Source: Felis catus | Taxonomy: Eukaryota | Reading direction: 5' to 3' | NCBI RefSeq assembly: GCF_018350175.1 | Contig: NC_058377.1 | Span: 61,566,001 to 61,630,000 of the forward strand | Length of the DNA: 64,000 nt | Shown: in pieces, positions 13,130 through 24,225 of the stretch | Layout of the letters: each line of letters starts with the position of its first letter | How positions within the stretch are numbered: position 1 is the stretch's first letter | Made by a program: the position numbers and the translations under genes | The notes under the pieces: model-generated | Database searches by the model: none | What the model saw: only the letters and a program-made list of their open reading frames with translations | What the model was told of the DNA's origin: nothing

Positions 13130-13600
13130 AAACTCAGCTTACTTACCTATACTTTCTTGGATCCTGAAGGTATTTAACTGGTTGAGAGGGAAAAATAAAA
13201 GCAAGATGATGTTCAGAAGACAAACAACAAATGTGGAGCTATTTATACCTCCTCTAGGCATCTCTCATGCCCCAGACCTTCAGTCCCCAGAGGACTGAAC
13301 TTCACACACTGGTGGAAGAAGATGGCCCAGAGTCGGCTCCTGGGAGAAACACGCCCACTGTCTCTCCCGCTACAGCATGTGCAGGGTTTCCTTGGTCCAG
13401 CACTCTGGGACATCCAAGTTAGCACACACTTGCATTGAGTACCCAGATCTCCTTTGCGTGGCAGAGAGTCTTGCTAGTGCAATACTGTCTTGTTCCCATG
13501 GAGGCATCTGCAAATGTAGACTGTGAATACCACATGTGGAAGGATTGTACGCTTTTTAGCGGGCACCTAAGACTAGATTCTGTCACCTTACTTACCTTGA
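13130..13600 (-). promoter_or_regulatory. Candidate 5' non-coding exons / promoter of OR52Z1-like gene
   Basis: Two consensus minus-strand donors AG|GTAAGT (13147, 13596); O/E(EBF)-like sites at 13284-13293, 13336-13345, 13494-13503; candidate acceptor cttttcacag| at 9759. Motif inference only. Confidence 0.35.
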
Positions 13601-13744
13601 AATTTTAAGGCTCCTTGGCTTTCTCTCTCTTCCATTGGTCACATGGTAGAATTCGCATCAGAAGGGTCCAGAAATGCCATTAGCTACCATAGAGAGTTTT
13701 ATTTGGATTTTGATGTGGATTTTTATTTTCTCAGCCTGAGCTGC

Positions 13745-13975
13745 TCTTCTTCTTTTCTTTCTCCCTTTCCTCCTCCTCCTCCTCCTCCTCCTCTTCCTCC
13801 TTCTTCTTTCAGAGACAAAGATAGTAGACGAGGGACATAGGAAGAGGGAGAGAAAGAATCTCAATTCAGTGCTCAGTGCTCAGCATGGAGCCTGACATGA
13901 GTCTTGATCTTACAACCTGGAATCATGACCTGATCAGGAGTCGAAGGCTTAACTGACTGAGCCACCCAGGTGCCT
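13745..13975 (-). mobile_element. Older CAN-SINE with (CCT)n-rich tail region
   Basis: aactgactgagccacccaggtgcc end plus a (CCT)n run at ~13769-13800. Confidence 0.75.
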
Positions 13976-14544
13976 CTCTTTTCCTTTTCCTTTTTCTTTT
14001 TAAACTTTCTCTATACTGGTAACTTTTCTCTAAATGCATTGGGATTGTCTGGGGGGTTGGGCTAAGGTTCTAATTATAATCATAACCTTAATTTCACATT
14101 TCTTTTATTTTTTGATTTTCCTTTGTAAAAAAATTGGAGAATCCTTTCATATATGTAAGTAAACCTTTTTTGTCTTTTCTATATCTATCAAGGACCCTCA
14201 CACGAATTTTGTCTCTCTTGGTTATTATTCTTTCTCCATTCCTATTACAATAGGTTCGCTTTTCCCTTCTGCACACTGTGGAAGGTAATCTGAGAAGCTG
14301 ACTGCAATCACGCCCTTCTCAATCTCTCTGTGTGTGCTGCTGCTATCTTCTGTGGTAGAGCCCAATCCTCCTCCTCTTGAACCTGGGATGACAGTTCTTG
14401 TGACCACATAATGTAGCAGGAATGATGGTGATGTTCTCGGGTGTCTGAGCCAATGTAATATGAAGTCTGGCAACTTCTACCTTGTTTTTTATTCAAAGCC
14501 AGGCACCCATATTAGGAATAGAACTCCACTGAAATCATACCAAT

Positions 14545-14830
14545 AATATGAAGAAGCTATCCCCATGGAGAGAGGGTGACTATGGAGATGAGCCCAAAGG
14601 CACCAGGCATGGGACTGAAGTTCGTGGACATTTCAACTCAGCTGAAGCTGAATTCTTAGTTGAATGCTGCCTATTGATGTACAACAGACCACTCCTTATG
14701 GAAACAGAACCATACAGTCATGCCTTACCTGGATTGTTGACCCACAGAATTGTGAGAAACAATAAGTCATTGTTGTTTGGAAACACTAAGTTTGGGGATG
14801 GTTTGTCACAGAAGAGATAACAATTATAAC
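14545..14830 (+). mobile_element. MaLR (MLT1-like) LTR fragment
   Basis: 3' end motif gacccacagaattgtgaga...ttgttgttt...cactaagtttggggatggtttgtcacag...agataac typical of MLT1 LTRs. Confidence 0.65.
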
Positions 14831-14901
14831 ATAGCAAACATTTTGAAATGATTTTATAATTTTCTTTTGGTCCTGACTGCAAACAATTTGTTAAATTTAA
14901 C

Positions 14902-15110
14902 TTTTTTTTTTAAGTTTATTTATTTTTGATAGAGAGCAAGCATGAACAGGGGAGGGCCAGAGAAAGAGGGAGAGAGGGAGAGAATCCCAAGCAGACTTTG
15001 TGCTATCAGCACGGAACCTGATGTGGGTTTGAACCCACTAACCGCAAGATCACGACCTGAGATGAAATCAAGAGTCGGCAGCTTAACCAACTGAGCCACC
15101 CAGGCACCCC
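14902..15110 (-). mobile_element. CAN-SINE
   Basis: Complete with poly-T tail; the paralog at 37078-37257 is truncated by a deletion. Confidence 0.92.
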
Positions 15111-16689
15111 AACTTTAAACGATTCTTATATCATTTGATCTATTTCTTGTCTATTTCTCTACTGTCTTATTTTCTTATTTTTTTCCCATATCTACCAATT
15201 ATTCATAGAGAGAATCACTTCAGATCGAAGCAACATAATGTAGTTTCTCTAGGACACACCGGTGTGTGAGTGTGTCTGTGTGTGTTGTGTGGATGTTCTT
15301 GCAGGGGAGACAGAGCATTTATCACCAGAAACATTTTTATTTTTATTTTATTTTCTATTTTCGACAGAAACTCTTCACTGAAAATGCTTCCTGTTTTCCA
15401 GGAATATTGATAACAGTTGTATAAGGAAGAGTGAGGGGGTTCTTTCAGAGTAAGGTGGTTACTAGTTTTTCCTCAGTTTTAACTGACAACCATTTCTGTC
15501 ATGGTTTTTCCTCCCACAAAATCAACACTTGTTCAAGAGTGCTTTCAAGCCTATGTCCATGCACTTGCAAATACTCCTATTAATTCCTCATTGAGGAATG
15601 TCGCACTCAAAGGGCCTCAGACCTGTTGTCACTACTTACCATCACAGGGTGGACTCTCTTTTTTGGCATTTGTGTCGGGGTTTGTGGTATTTCCAGTGTT
15701 TTCTCTAACAGTAGGCTACTGTCCCCCAACCCTCTCTCTCCCTAGACAGTCTTTTGGGTGTGGCTTGGGGGCTGGCTCAGAAAGTAGGAGATTGTTTTTC
15801 TCCCTATACATGAAAATATAGGTTGGCTCTTCTGCTCCTTATCGATTGAGGGAGGGCAAGGAACGTGTAAACATACTGAGATACAAGTGTCTACTGTTAT
15901 CGTCAGGATCCCAGTAGCTTTCCTCAACATTTCACAGGGATTTTATGCTATCTTCTAGATCCTGTGTTACTGTGGAAATCAGCAAGGCCATTCTGGTTTC
16001 CAATCCTATAGGTAACAGCTGTTTGTTTACTAATGTATTCGTTTCCCTTTTGAAGCTACTAGTGTGTCCTTTTTACTACTCCCATTTTATATAAAAACTT
16101 AATGATTGCGTGTCTGATTTTTAAACAATTGAGCCAATATTGATGCATTACTATTAACCAAATCTCACAGTTTACATCAAGATTCACCTTCTCTGTTACA
16201 GTTCTGTGGTTCTGATAAGCACAGATCTATCCAAAATAGAACTTTCCTATGGAACTATTCCTGAGCCTAAATGGCATAAAACAAAGAAGCAATTACCATT
16301 AATTCATTTGAAAAATTGTTTTAGCATTTCCAGTCCCCAAAAATAACCTCTGTTAAGGTTTTCTGGCACCTTCAGACATGTCTTGCTAACAGATGCACAA
16401 AATTAATCCAGATAAAGCACAGATGCTCAGAGAAATGGTTCAGAACTCTGGGGGGTTGATGCTGTGATGTTGAGTGTGGGTCCCCAGGAAGGCTGGCCTC
16501 CTCTCGCTCCCTCTGTAATGGCTCAATGCAAAACACACACTGAACGTTTGTTTTGCTTTTTTTGTAAAAGTGAAAATACTCTTCAGAGTTCTTTCAACTA
16601 GTGACAACAGGTACTGATGCAGGTCTTTCCGAAGAGCTAAGGGGCATAACGTGAACTTTCAGAAAGTGAGGGATACCTGTACCTAATGT

Positions 16690-17800
16690 CATGTACCCTC
16701 CATCACAGTATCATACAGATCACTTTCACTACTCTACAATTCCCTGTGCTCCACCCATTCAACCCTCCCTCTCTCTTCCTACACTCCTGGCTACACTCAT
16801 CTTTATGCTATTTCTAATTTCTATAGTTTTGCCTTTTCCAGAATGTCATATATTTGGAATCATGTACAGATGTAACCTTCTCTGGATGGCTTCTTTCACT
16901 CAAAACTGTGCATTAAAGGCTCTTCCATGTCTTTTCATAGCTTGATAGCTCTCTTCTTTTTAAATTTTTTTTAATGTTTATTTGCTTTTGAGACAGAGAG
17001 AGACAGATGTTAGCAGGGGCCGGGCAGAGAGAGAGAGGGAGACATGGAATTTGAAGCAGGCTCCAGGCTCCAAGCTGTAGCGCTGAGCCCGGCGTGGGGC
17101 TCGAACCCACAAATGGCAAGATCATGACCTAGGCCGAAGTCATGTGCTCAGCCCACTGAAACTCTCGGGCACCCCAGCTCTCTCTCTTTTTTAATCAAAT
17201 ACTCACATTACATTTTAAAGAGGTGCCACGGTCTGTTTTTCCCTTCATCTTAGTTGCCTCCAATTTTTGGCAATTAAAAATAAACCTGCTATAAACATTT
17301 ATGTGCGTGTCTTTGTGTAGACATAAGTTTTTAACCCATTTGGTACCATGTCTAGGAGTGCAAGGCCAACCACATGGTAAGACTATGTTTCCTTCAGTGA
17401 GAAATGCAAAACTCTCTTTCAGCGTGGCTGTACTATTTTGTATTTTCACCAGCAATGAACGAGAGTCTCTATTACTCTATATCCTCACCAGCATTTGGTT
17501 TTGTCAGTATTTCAGGTTTTACTCATTCTGATAGGTGTGTATGCTATCCCATTGTTTTACTTTGCAATTCCTTAATGACAAATGATATTGAGCATCTTAA
17601 AACATGCTTATTGCTCTTTGTTATGTCTTTTTGGGGTGAAATATGTTTTCAGATTTTTGTCTGCTTTTTAAGCAACTTGTTTATTTCCTTATTGTTGAGA
17701 TTTAAAAGTTCTTTGTATATTTTGGATACAAGTCCTTTGTCAAACATGTATTTTGCAAATACTTTCTGCCAGTCTGTAGCCATAGGCTTTTCATTTTCTT
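16690..17800 (-). mobile_element. Old L1M fragments with nested CAN-SINE (~16957-17175)
   Basis: Antisense L1 ORF2/3'UTR similarity (ttgccttttccagaatgtcatat, tctttgtatattttggatacaagtcctttgtc); paralog ~38860-39975. Confidence 0.8.
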
Positions 17801-18603
17801 AACTTACTATGAAACTGTGTTCTTTTTTCCCAGGGTACACGGTGTCCTTTAGTTTTTGGAATAGTTTTGAATAATTTTCTAATATGTTCCTGGTCTACTA
17901 CTGTCCACCTATAGTTTTATCTTCCCTGACTTTCTAGAACTCCAGTTTAGTGATATGTTGGTGTTCTTGGATTGAACCTATATAGTTTTTAATCACAGCC
18001 CCCATAGTTAACATGTGTCCTTTTGTTCTGGTTTCTTATATCTATCTTCTGGGAGTTTCATTGTTTTTTTCTTTTATTTCTCATATTGTTGTTTAATTTA
18101 CAAATTACCTTTTTGTAAACATGTTTGTTTTTTGTTTGTTTTAGTACAATATGCTTAAAATACACCTCCTCAAAAAAAACCTTTTGGTGACTAAAAAGCC
18201 ACATGAAGACCTTGTTTTCTTTGAGTACCTACACGTTCTAAAACAAAGAGTTTGGCTGCATTTAATTTCAGTGATAGATGCATATTTATGAATTCTTCTG
18301 GAGAAGCATCCATAGAGAAGAAATTCAACCAGGAAATAAAAAATAAAAGAGGAAAGGTAACAATATATTTTCACTATTTGATCTTTATGTTTATTCCTTT
18401 TATTAGGCGGTAGCATCCCAAAACCGACCGAATAATAGTTGTCATAGGGTATAACGATATGAAAACCATAAAATGCAGACAAAATAAACAAAACAAATAT
18501 ACAAAACTGAAGAATTGCAGACAGTGTGGATTTTTAAATGTTATATTTAATTTTGAGATATTGCTACTAAGGCGGAAGGTGAAGGAGTTAATCACAGTGA
18601 ATT

Positions 18604-19542
18604 TTATGAAGAAAACGACTTTACCACATGAATGCGGATCTGCTTGGTCTTGGCACCATAGACAAGTGGATTGAGAAATGGGGGGACCAGCAAGTAGAGG
18701 CTAGAAAAGAGGATGTGGATATAAGGGGGAACATGAGCACCAAACCTATGTGTGAAGAAGGAGAAGAAGGCAAGGAGGTAGAACTGGAGGAAGACACACA
18801 TATGAGCGATGCACGTATTGAATGCTTTCAACCGAGCCTCCTTCTTGGGCAAACGAAAAACAGTGGAAAAGATCTGTGCATAAGACAAAGTGATGAATGT
18901 GAGGTCGAACCCTGCAACTGTAAATGCCACAAACAAGCCATAGATTTTGTTGACCCGTACATTTTCTGCAGCCATTTTCACAATGGCCATATGCTCACAG
19001 TAGCAGTGGGAGATGATGGTTGTATGGTAAAACTGAAACCGGAACTTTATCAGTATTAGGCACGGGGCTACTAGGCAAGCGGCCCTGAGTGTTACCACTG
19101 CCCCTATCTGGGTGACTAGGCGGTGCGTGATGATGGCAGAATGTCTTAGTGGATAACAGATGGCCACATAACGGTCCAGAGCCATGGCCAACAGGATGCC
19201 TGACTCTATGCCCTGAAATGTGTGGATGAGCCACATTTGAAGCAAACAGGAATCAAAATAAATGTCTGCCACATGAAACCAGAAAATTCCAAGCATCTTG
19301 GGCATAATGGTGGTAGCAAGCGCAATATCTGTGACTCCCAGCATGCCTACGAAAATGTACATGGGCTCATGGAGGCTGCGCTCTGACCTGATGATGAGAA
19401 GAAGCAAGGAGTTTCCAATCATAGCAATGAGATACATGACACAGAATGGAATCCCAATCCAGCACTGCACAGTCTCTAGGCCTGGGATCCCTATCAGCGT
19501 CAACACAGAAGGCCTGAAGACTGTGATGTTGGAAATGGACAT
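18604..19542 (-). CDS. OR52A1: Class I olfactory receptor, OR52A1-like copy A, 312 aa (probable chimera)
   Basis: MSISNITVF.PSVLTLIGIPGLE.VQCWIGIPFC, MALDRYVAICYPLRH, FQFYHTTIISH, KAFNTCIAH, HRFG, PPFLNPLVYGAKT; matches human OR52A1 as I recall it. Confidence 0.95.
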   Translation of the reverse strand: MSISNITVFRPSVLTLIGIPGLETVQCWIGIPFCVMYLIAMIGNSLLLLIIRSERSLHEPMYIFVGMLGVTDIALATTIMPKMLGIFWFHVADIYFDSCLLQMWLIHTFQGIESGILLAMALDRYVAICYPLRHSAIITHRLVTQIGAVVTLRAACLVAPCLILIKFRFQFYHTTIISHCYCEHMAIVKMAAENVRVNKIYGLFVAFTVAGFDLTFITLSYAQIFSTVFRLPKKEARLKAFNTCIAHMCVFLQFYLLAFFSFFTHRFGAHVPPYIHILFSSLYLLVPPFLNPLVYGAKTKQIRIHVVKSFSS

Positions 19543-20894
19543 AATGTCCTCCGGCCTCCAGATGAAAATGAAAGAAGGTTCTCAGTCAGTGGCACTCTTC
19601 TCTTCTACTCCTGTTTTAATTCAAAGTCATCATAGTGAGTCTCTGTGATTTTGTCAGAATTCAAAGAGCATCTCATCCATCTCGTTTATATTATCAAAGG
19701 AAAAAGATCCATACTTACACATCACTGTTTTCAAGAAGGACATCCATAAGTAGTGTACCACAGTAAGAAGTTATGTACAAGGCAGGCCAACTGCATTAGA
19801 ACCACCCAGATGACGTGGATAAAGGAGTAAATTGCTGTTCTTTTGGTTATGTCCTTCTGGACCTGCGGATAAAATAATTATACTTGTTTATTTGCTTGGA
19901 TATTGCACTTTAATCAGATTTTAATAAATCTCTCCCTATCCCACATTTCAGCTGACCTTAGTGTTCTATTTTTTCCCCCAAACTCTCGGAGTCAGAAACC
20001 ATCAGTTTGGACAATCACATAATCAGACTCTAACCAGTATTTTGGTTTAAAAGGCTTCCTTAGAAAGAGAAGTGAGATAGACATAGCTTCACCCAGGAAC
20101 ATAATATATTGAGATAAGTGTATCTGTGTATTATGTATTTATGTAGGACTGGCTCTCCTTTTTAAAAAATGTGAAATAGAGCTTGAGAAAAGATGATCAA
20201 ATCCATGTAATTTTAATCTAAATCAAGTTCCATGCTGATTTTTACATTATAAGTAAAACTTTATTTTATTTTCCCTATGTAAGTAATGGCAGAATTCTTT
20301 GACATGAATTGTACACTTCAAATAATGGAAATTCTGAAATACATGCTTCGGAAGGACTAGAAGGGAGGAATCTCTAGAAGGCAAAAAATCTAGAGAAACA
20401 AGGCATAGGCAAGAGGACTCATTCTTGCTGACTAGGGGATATAGGTGAACAGGTAACTTAGCCAGAATCAAGGTTAGTTTCTGGGGTTGAAAGTGCTCAG
20501 GGTTACTATCACCAAAAGATCGGCAAGTTTAGGCTCATTGATTCTTAATAATATGCAGACCATTTGATTGCTTCACTCATATTGTGAGCTCAAGCCTAAA
20601 AAATGAATAAAAATAAAGGGGTGAAAAGACAGTCTCCTTAAGAGGAGTCCAAGATAGAAGTAGAAATGGAAGACAGAAGGCAGACCTTGGGGTTCCAGAA
20701 ATGATGCAGGAGAGAGGGCTGTAGAGCAACTAAGGAAACTTTAGTTGCTTCAATTCCCTGATGACTGAATTTCCTCAAAACTTGGGTTCTTAGTGCCTGT
20801 ATGAAAGTTCTTTTCTTATAAAGATCATTGCTTTTAAGAATTGCGTATCTAAAATCATGAAATTCTCAAGTTGTACAATAGAAAAATACCTGCT

Positions 20895-21250
20895 AGGTGC
20901 ACGGGTGGCTCAGTCAGTTAAGTATCCCATTCTGTGTTGTTGTTTTTAATGTTTATTTATTTTGAGAGAGAGAATGCTAGCAGGGGAGCGGGGGGGGGGG
21001 AGGGGGAAGATCCACTCACAGCAGAGAGCTCCATGCAGGGCTCCAGTTCATGAGCTGTGAGGTCATGACCTTGGCCACGGTCTGAGGCTTAAGGGACTGC
21101 AACTGCGCCACTCAGGTGCCCCACACTTCCAACTTTTCATCTTGGCTCAGGTCATGATCTCATGGTTAATGAGATTGAGCTCCATGTCAGGCTCTGCATT
21201 CTCTCTCCTTCTCTCTCTGCTCCTTCCCATGCTCTTCTCTAAACAAACAA
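20895..21250. mobile_element. Nested CAN-SINEs (minus-strand SINE ~20935-21122 inside a plus-strand SINE)
   Basis: Plus-strand head ggtgcacgggtggctcagtcagttaag is interrupted and resumes at ...ttggctcaggtcatgatctc; same structure at 50438-50790. Confidence 0.8.
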
Positions 21251-21380
21251 ACAACCATTTATGAAAAAAATAGTTGCTATCGTATAAAACAGCTTTTAGT
21301 TATTTCATTCATTCCTATCTCTCCAACAGTGTTACATTATGTCAGCAAGCTCATAATCATCTAAACATATAATGAATGTT

Positions 21381-21835
21381 AGGGCCCCTGGATGGCTCAG
21401 TAGGTAAAGCAACTGACTTTGGCTCAGGTCATGATTTTGTGGTTCATGAGTTCAAACCCTGTGTTGGGCTCTGTGCTGACACCAGGGAGCCTGGAGCCTA
21501 TTTCAAACTCTCTCTTTGTTTCTCTCTCACTCTCTCTCTCTCTCTCTGCCCCTCATCTGCTCATTATCTCTCTCTCTCTCTCTCATACATAAAATGAACA
21601 TTAAAAAAATTTAGGGGCGCCTGTGTTGCTCAGTGGGTTGAGCGTCTGACTTCAGCTCAGCTCATGATCTCACAGCTTCATGATTTCAAACCCCGTGTCG
21701 GGTTCTGCGCTGACAGCTTGGAGCCTGGAGCCTGCTTCCGATTCTGTCTCCATCTCTCTCTGCCCCTAACCCACTCGTATTCTGTCTCTGTCTCTCTCAA
21801 AACTAAACATTAAAAACATCATTATTTAAAAATTT
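21381..21835 (+). mobile_element. Two head-to-tail CAN-SINEs
   Basis: Second SINE starts at ~21613 in the A tail of the first; outer degenerate TSD aaacatata..gaa.gt.a; paralog 50926-51370. Confidence 0.88.
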
Positions 21836-22079
21836 AAACATATACCGAAAGTCACCAAATATACCAGTAATTCAGCAATAGCTGTGGTTTATGCTGCTAA
21901 AACTCTAGTGACGAATCATAGTCAGAAGGACCATTTATGAAGACAGGCTGTATCACCTGACATGTATTTAGGATAGACTAGTCAGTCAGCAAAGTCCATT
22001 TCCAAAGCATAGAAATCCTTTAGAAATGATCACCTTGTCTGACTTATTCAAGCTGACATAGGAGCTTGAGCTGACATAG

Positions 22080-22900
22080 GAGCATTACCTGACAATTGCA
22101 GATGGTGGGAAGGCAGGTGGGAGAGGATGCATGACTACAGAGCGGGGGCGGGGGGGGGGTGGCGGGGGGTGGAGTGGTTATCATTGGAAAAGCTGGAAAT
22201 GAAACATTATGGGGTGAATTTGGCGAGAGTGAGGCTTCCTTGCCCTTTCCTGTTGGGAGCCAGTTCTGCTCTTACCAGACACTTGAAGACCAAGGTCAGT
22301 CTTCATAATACAATGACTCAGCACTCACTTGTCATCCACTCTTTCTCCTCCTGAGATTCCCATCTCATTCACTTCCATCTCGTGCTGGCCATGCCTCTTC
22401 TTACTATCTGCACCCTCTATAACAGCCCTCTTCAATGTCATGAACTCTGAGCCATTTGCTGCTGGGCTATCTGCCAATACGTGGGAAGTATCTCTGTGAG
22501 AACCTTTCTTGCTTTTCTTCTGTTGCTGCAGAACAGACATGCTCCCTGTTCTGTCAGTTTATCTGAGATCATGTTGCTGGGTTCATCTCCACCAAAACTC
22601 CCAGCAAGGTTTGTATTATGCTGAGGCAGGAGCATAAATTTATTGAACTCAAACTGTAGAGGAAAGCCCCTGACCACCACTTGTAATGTTCCCCTTGAAT
22701 GTGAGAAGGACCAGGTCTGAACACGGACTGAGAGATTTCCTTGCCAGTAGCCCAAGCCACAGGAGGCCCAGCAGCTCATAATTAAGCCCCCTTGGGTCCA
22801 ATCACATCTCATGTCTCTGAAATCATTTCTAAAACTTGCAGAATCTCCTTGCTCTCCTCTTTTCGCTTTCCCATGGGGTAAATGCAGAGAAATTAAAGTA
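22080..22900 (-). promoter_or_regulatory. Candidate promoter / 5' UTR exons of OR52A1-like copy A
   Basis: TAATTA (22779-22784) next to CCCCTTGGGT, TCCCATGGGG (22869-22878), minus-strand donors at 22089 and 22329. Block conserved upstream of all three OR52A1 copies. Confidence 0.45.
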
Positions 22901-23994
22901 CCCATGTTGTATTTTTTAAGAGTTCAGTTCCTTTCCTGCTGTCCTCCTTTGGAAAAAGATCTAAAGCACCTTTAAATGTAGGCATGTTTCTATGCCATGA
23001 ATTCTATAAGTATCCTTTTGACCCATCTTTCACTTAGGCACTTCTGGAAAGAAAAGTCTGTATCCACCAGGGCTTTCTATCACATATTTCACTCTAATTC
23101 TCTTGCAGTCTCCTTCCTCAGATTTTTATTTTATTGAAGCTATTTTTGTAAATTCAGTGATTTTCTCAGGATGACCAGTTGTGATGGACATTTCTAAATC
23201 CTTCCATACTGAGCCGTGAATCAGTTGTTGCACATTGGACTGAACTTTTCTCCATCCCTCCTTTTCATACATTTCTTCCACTTTTCTTGCACTCTTCCTT
23301 CGGATTGCAGGTGTTTTATGCCTCATAGATGTGAGGGAATCACGCTATTCTGAACTTGATGCAAATAAAAGTAGATATGATATATGCTTTCAAATTTTTA
23401 GAAATGTGGGGAGAAGAATTAGCATATCTTTAATCATGAGAACAAATGATGAGTTCTAAAAAAACCAGACAAACTTATATACATTGTACCTTTCTCCTTC
23501 ATATGATTCACCTGGTTTCCAGACCTTTCTTGTACGTTGCTCCCCTTAAGAGGTATTTGACATAATGTTGAGATGCTGGCAAGTTTAGGAAGAATACCTT
23601 CAGTATGATGGAGGAAGACATTCATAATGGATTGCAGGGAGAATAAGAGGTAGAGGTCAAAGGGCAAGGGGGCCTTGCATGCTCTTTCCACAATTCCGTC
23701 TGTAAAGGAGACTGATACCATGGCATTGAGTCATGTTGAGTGCATGTTGAGTGCATGAGTGAATCATGTTGAGTGGTTCAGAGGTCAGACTGTCACATGT
23801 TGGCTAACAATAGCTCATTGTTAAGTCACCGAGAAAACATAGACTATTTTATACTTTTGTTTCCTTTTTCTTCCTCTCTTCTACTGACTTTACCTCAAAA
23901 GATTTTCTTTCCTTTACCCTAAAATTGTGAGGGCTGTGGGGGTAGGCTAATGAATCATCTTTAAAGGATCATCATTCGAAAATGATCTGGTTTG

Positions 23995-24225
23995 GGGGTG
24001 CCTGAGTGGCTCAGTCTGTTAAGTGTCCGTCTTCAGTTTAGATCATGATCCAGTTCCTGGGTTCGAGCCCTGAGTCGGGCTCTGTCTTGCCAGCTCAGAG
24101 CCTGGAGCCTGCTTTAGAGTCTGTGTCTCCCTCTCCCTGCCCCTCCCCCACTCTTTCTCTCCCCCTCGCTCTAGCTTTCTCACTCTTGCTCTCATCTAAA
24201 AATTAATAAACATTAGAAATTTTTG
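23995..24225 (+). mobile_element. CAN-SINE (SINEC_Fc-like)
   Basis: ggggtgcctgagtggctcagtc head, (CT)-rich region, A tail, degenerate TSD ending tctggttt. Confidence 0.9.

Noticed and set aside
13658-13864. Arg/Lys-rich protamine-like ORF and poly-Pro ORF
   Set aside because: Translation of a (CCT)n/CT-rich SINE-tail region
18628-19648. Plus-strand ORFs (143 aa, 116 aa) opposite OR52A1, repeated at the other ORs
   Set aside because: Antisense shadows of OR coding sequence; they recur only because the genes are duplicated
22314-22323. Perfect NF-E2/Nrf2 element TGACTCAGCA (also 51835-51844), tempting near a globin locus
   Set aside because: A single 10-mer is plausible by chance in this much sequence; not conserved in the B homolog; I noticed no supporting GATA cluster
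22325-22905. 155-aa and 71-aa ORFs recurring at 51846-52425, considered as a processed pseudogene or novel gene
   Set aside because: Frameshifted between the near-identical copies, not open in the diverged B homolog, no known homology, no poly(A) or TSD
23126-23326. Charged 66-aa ORF conserved at 52646-52846
   Set aside because: Conservation is explained by the recent duplication; no identifiable family
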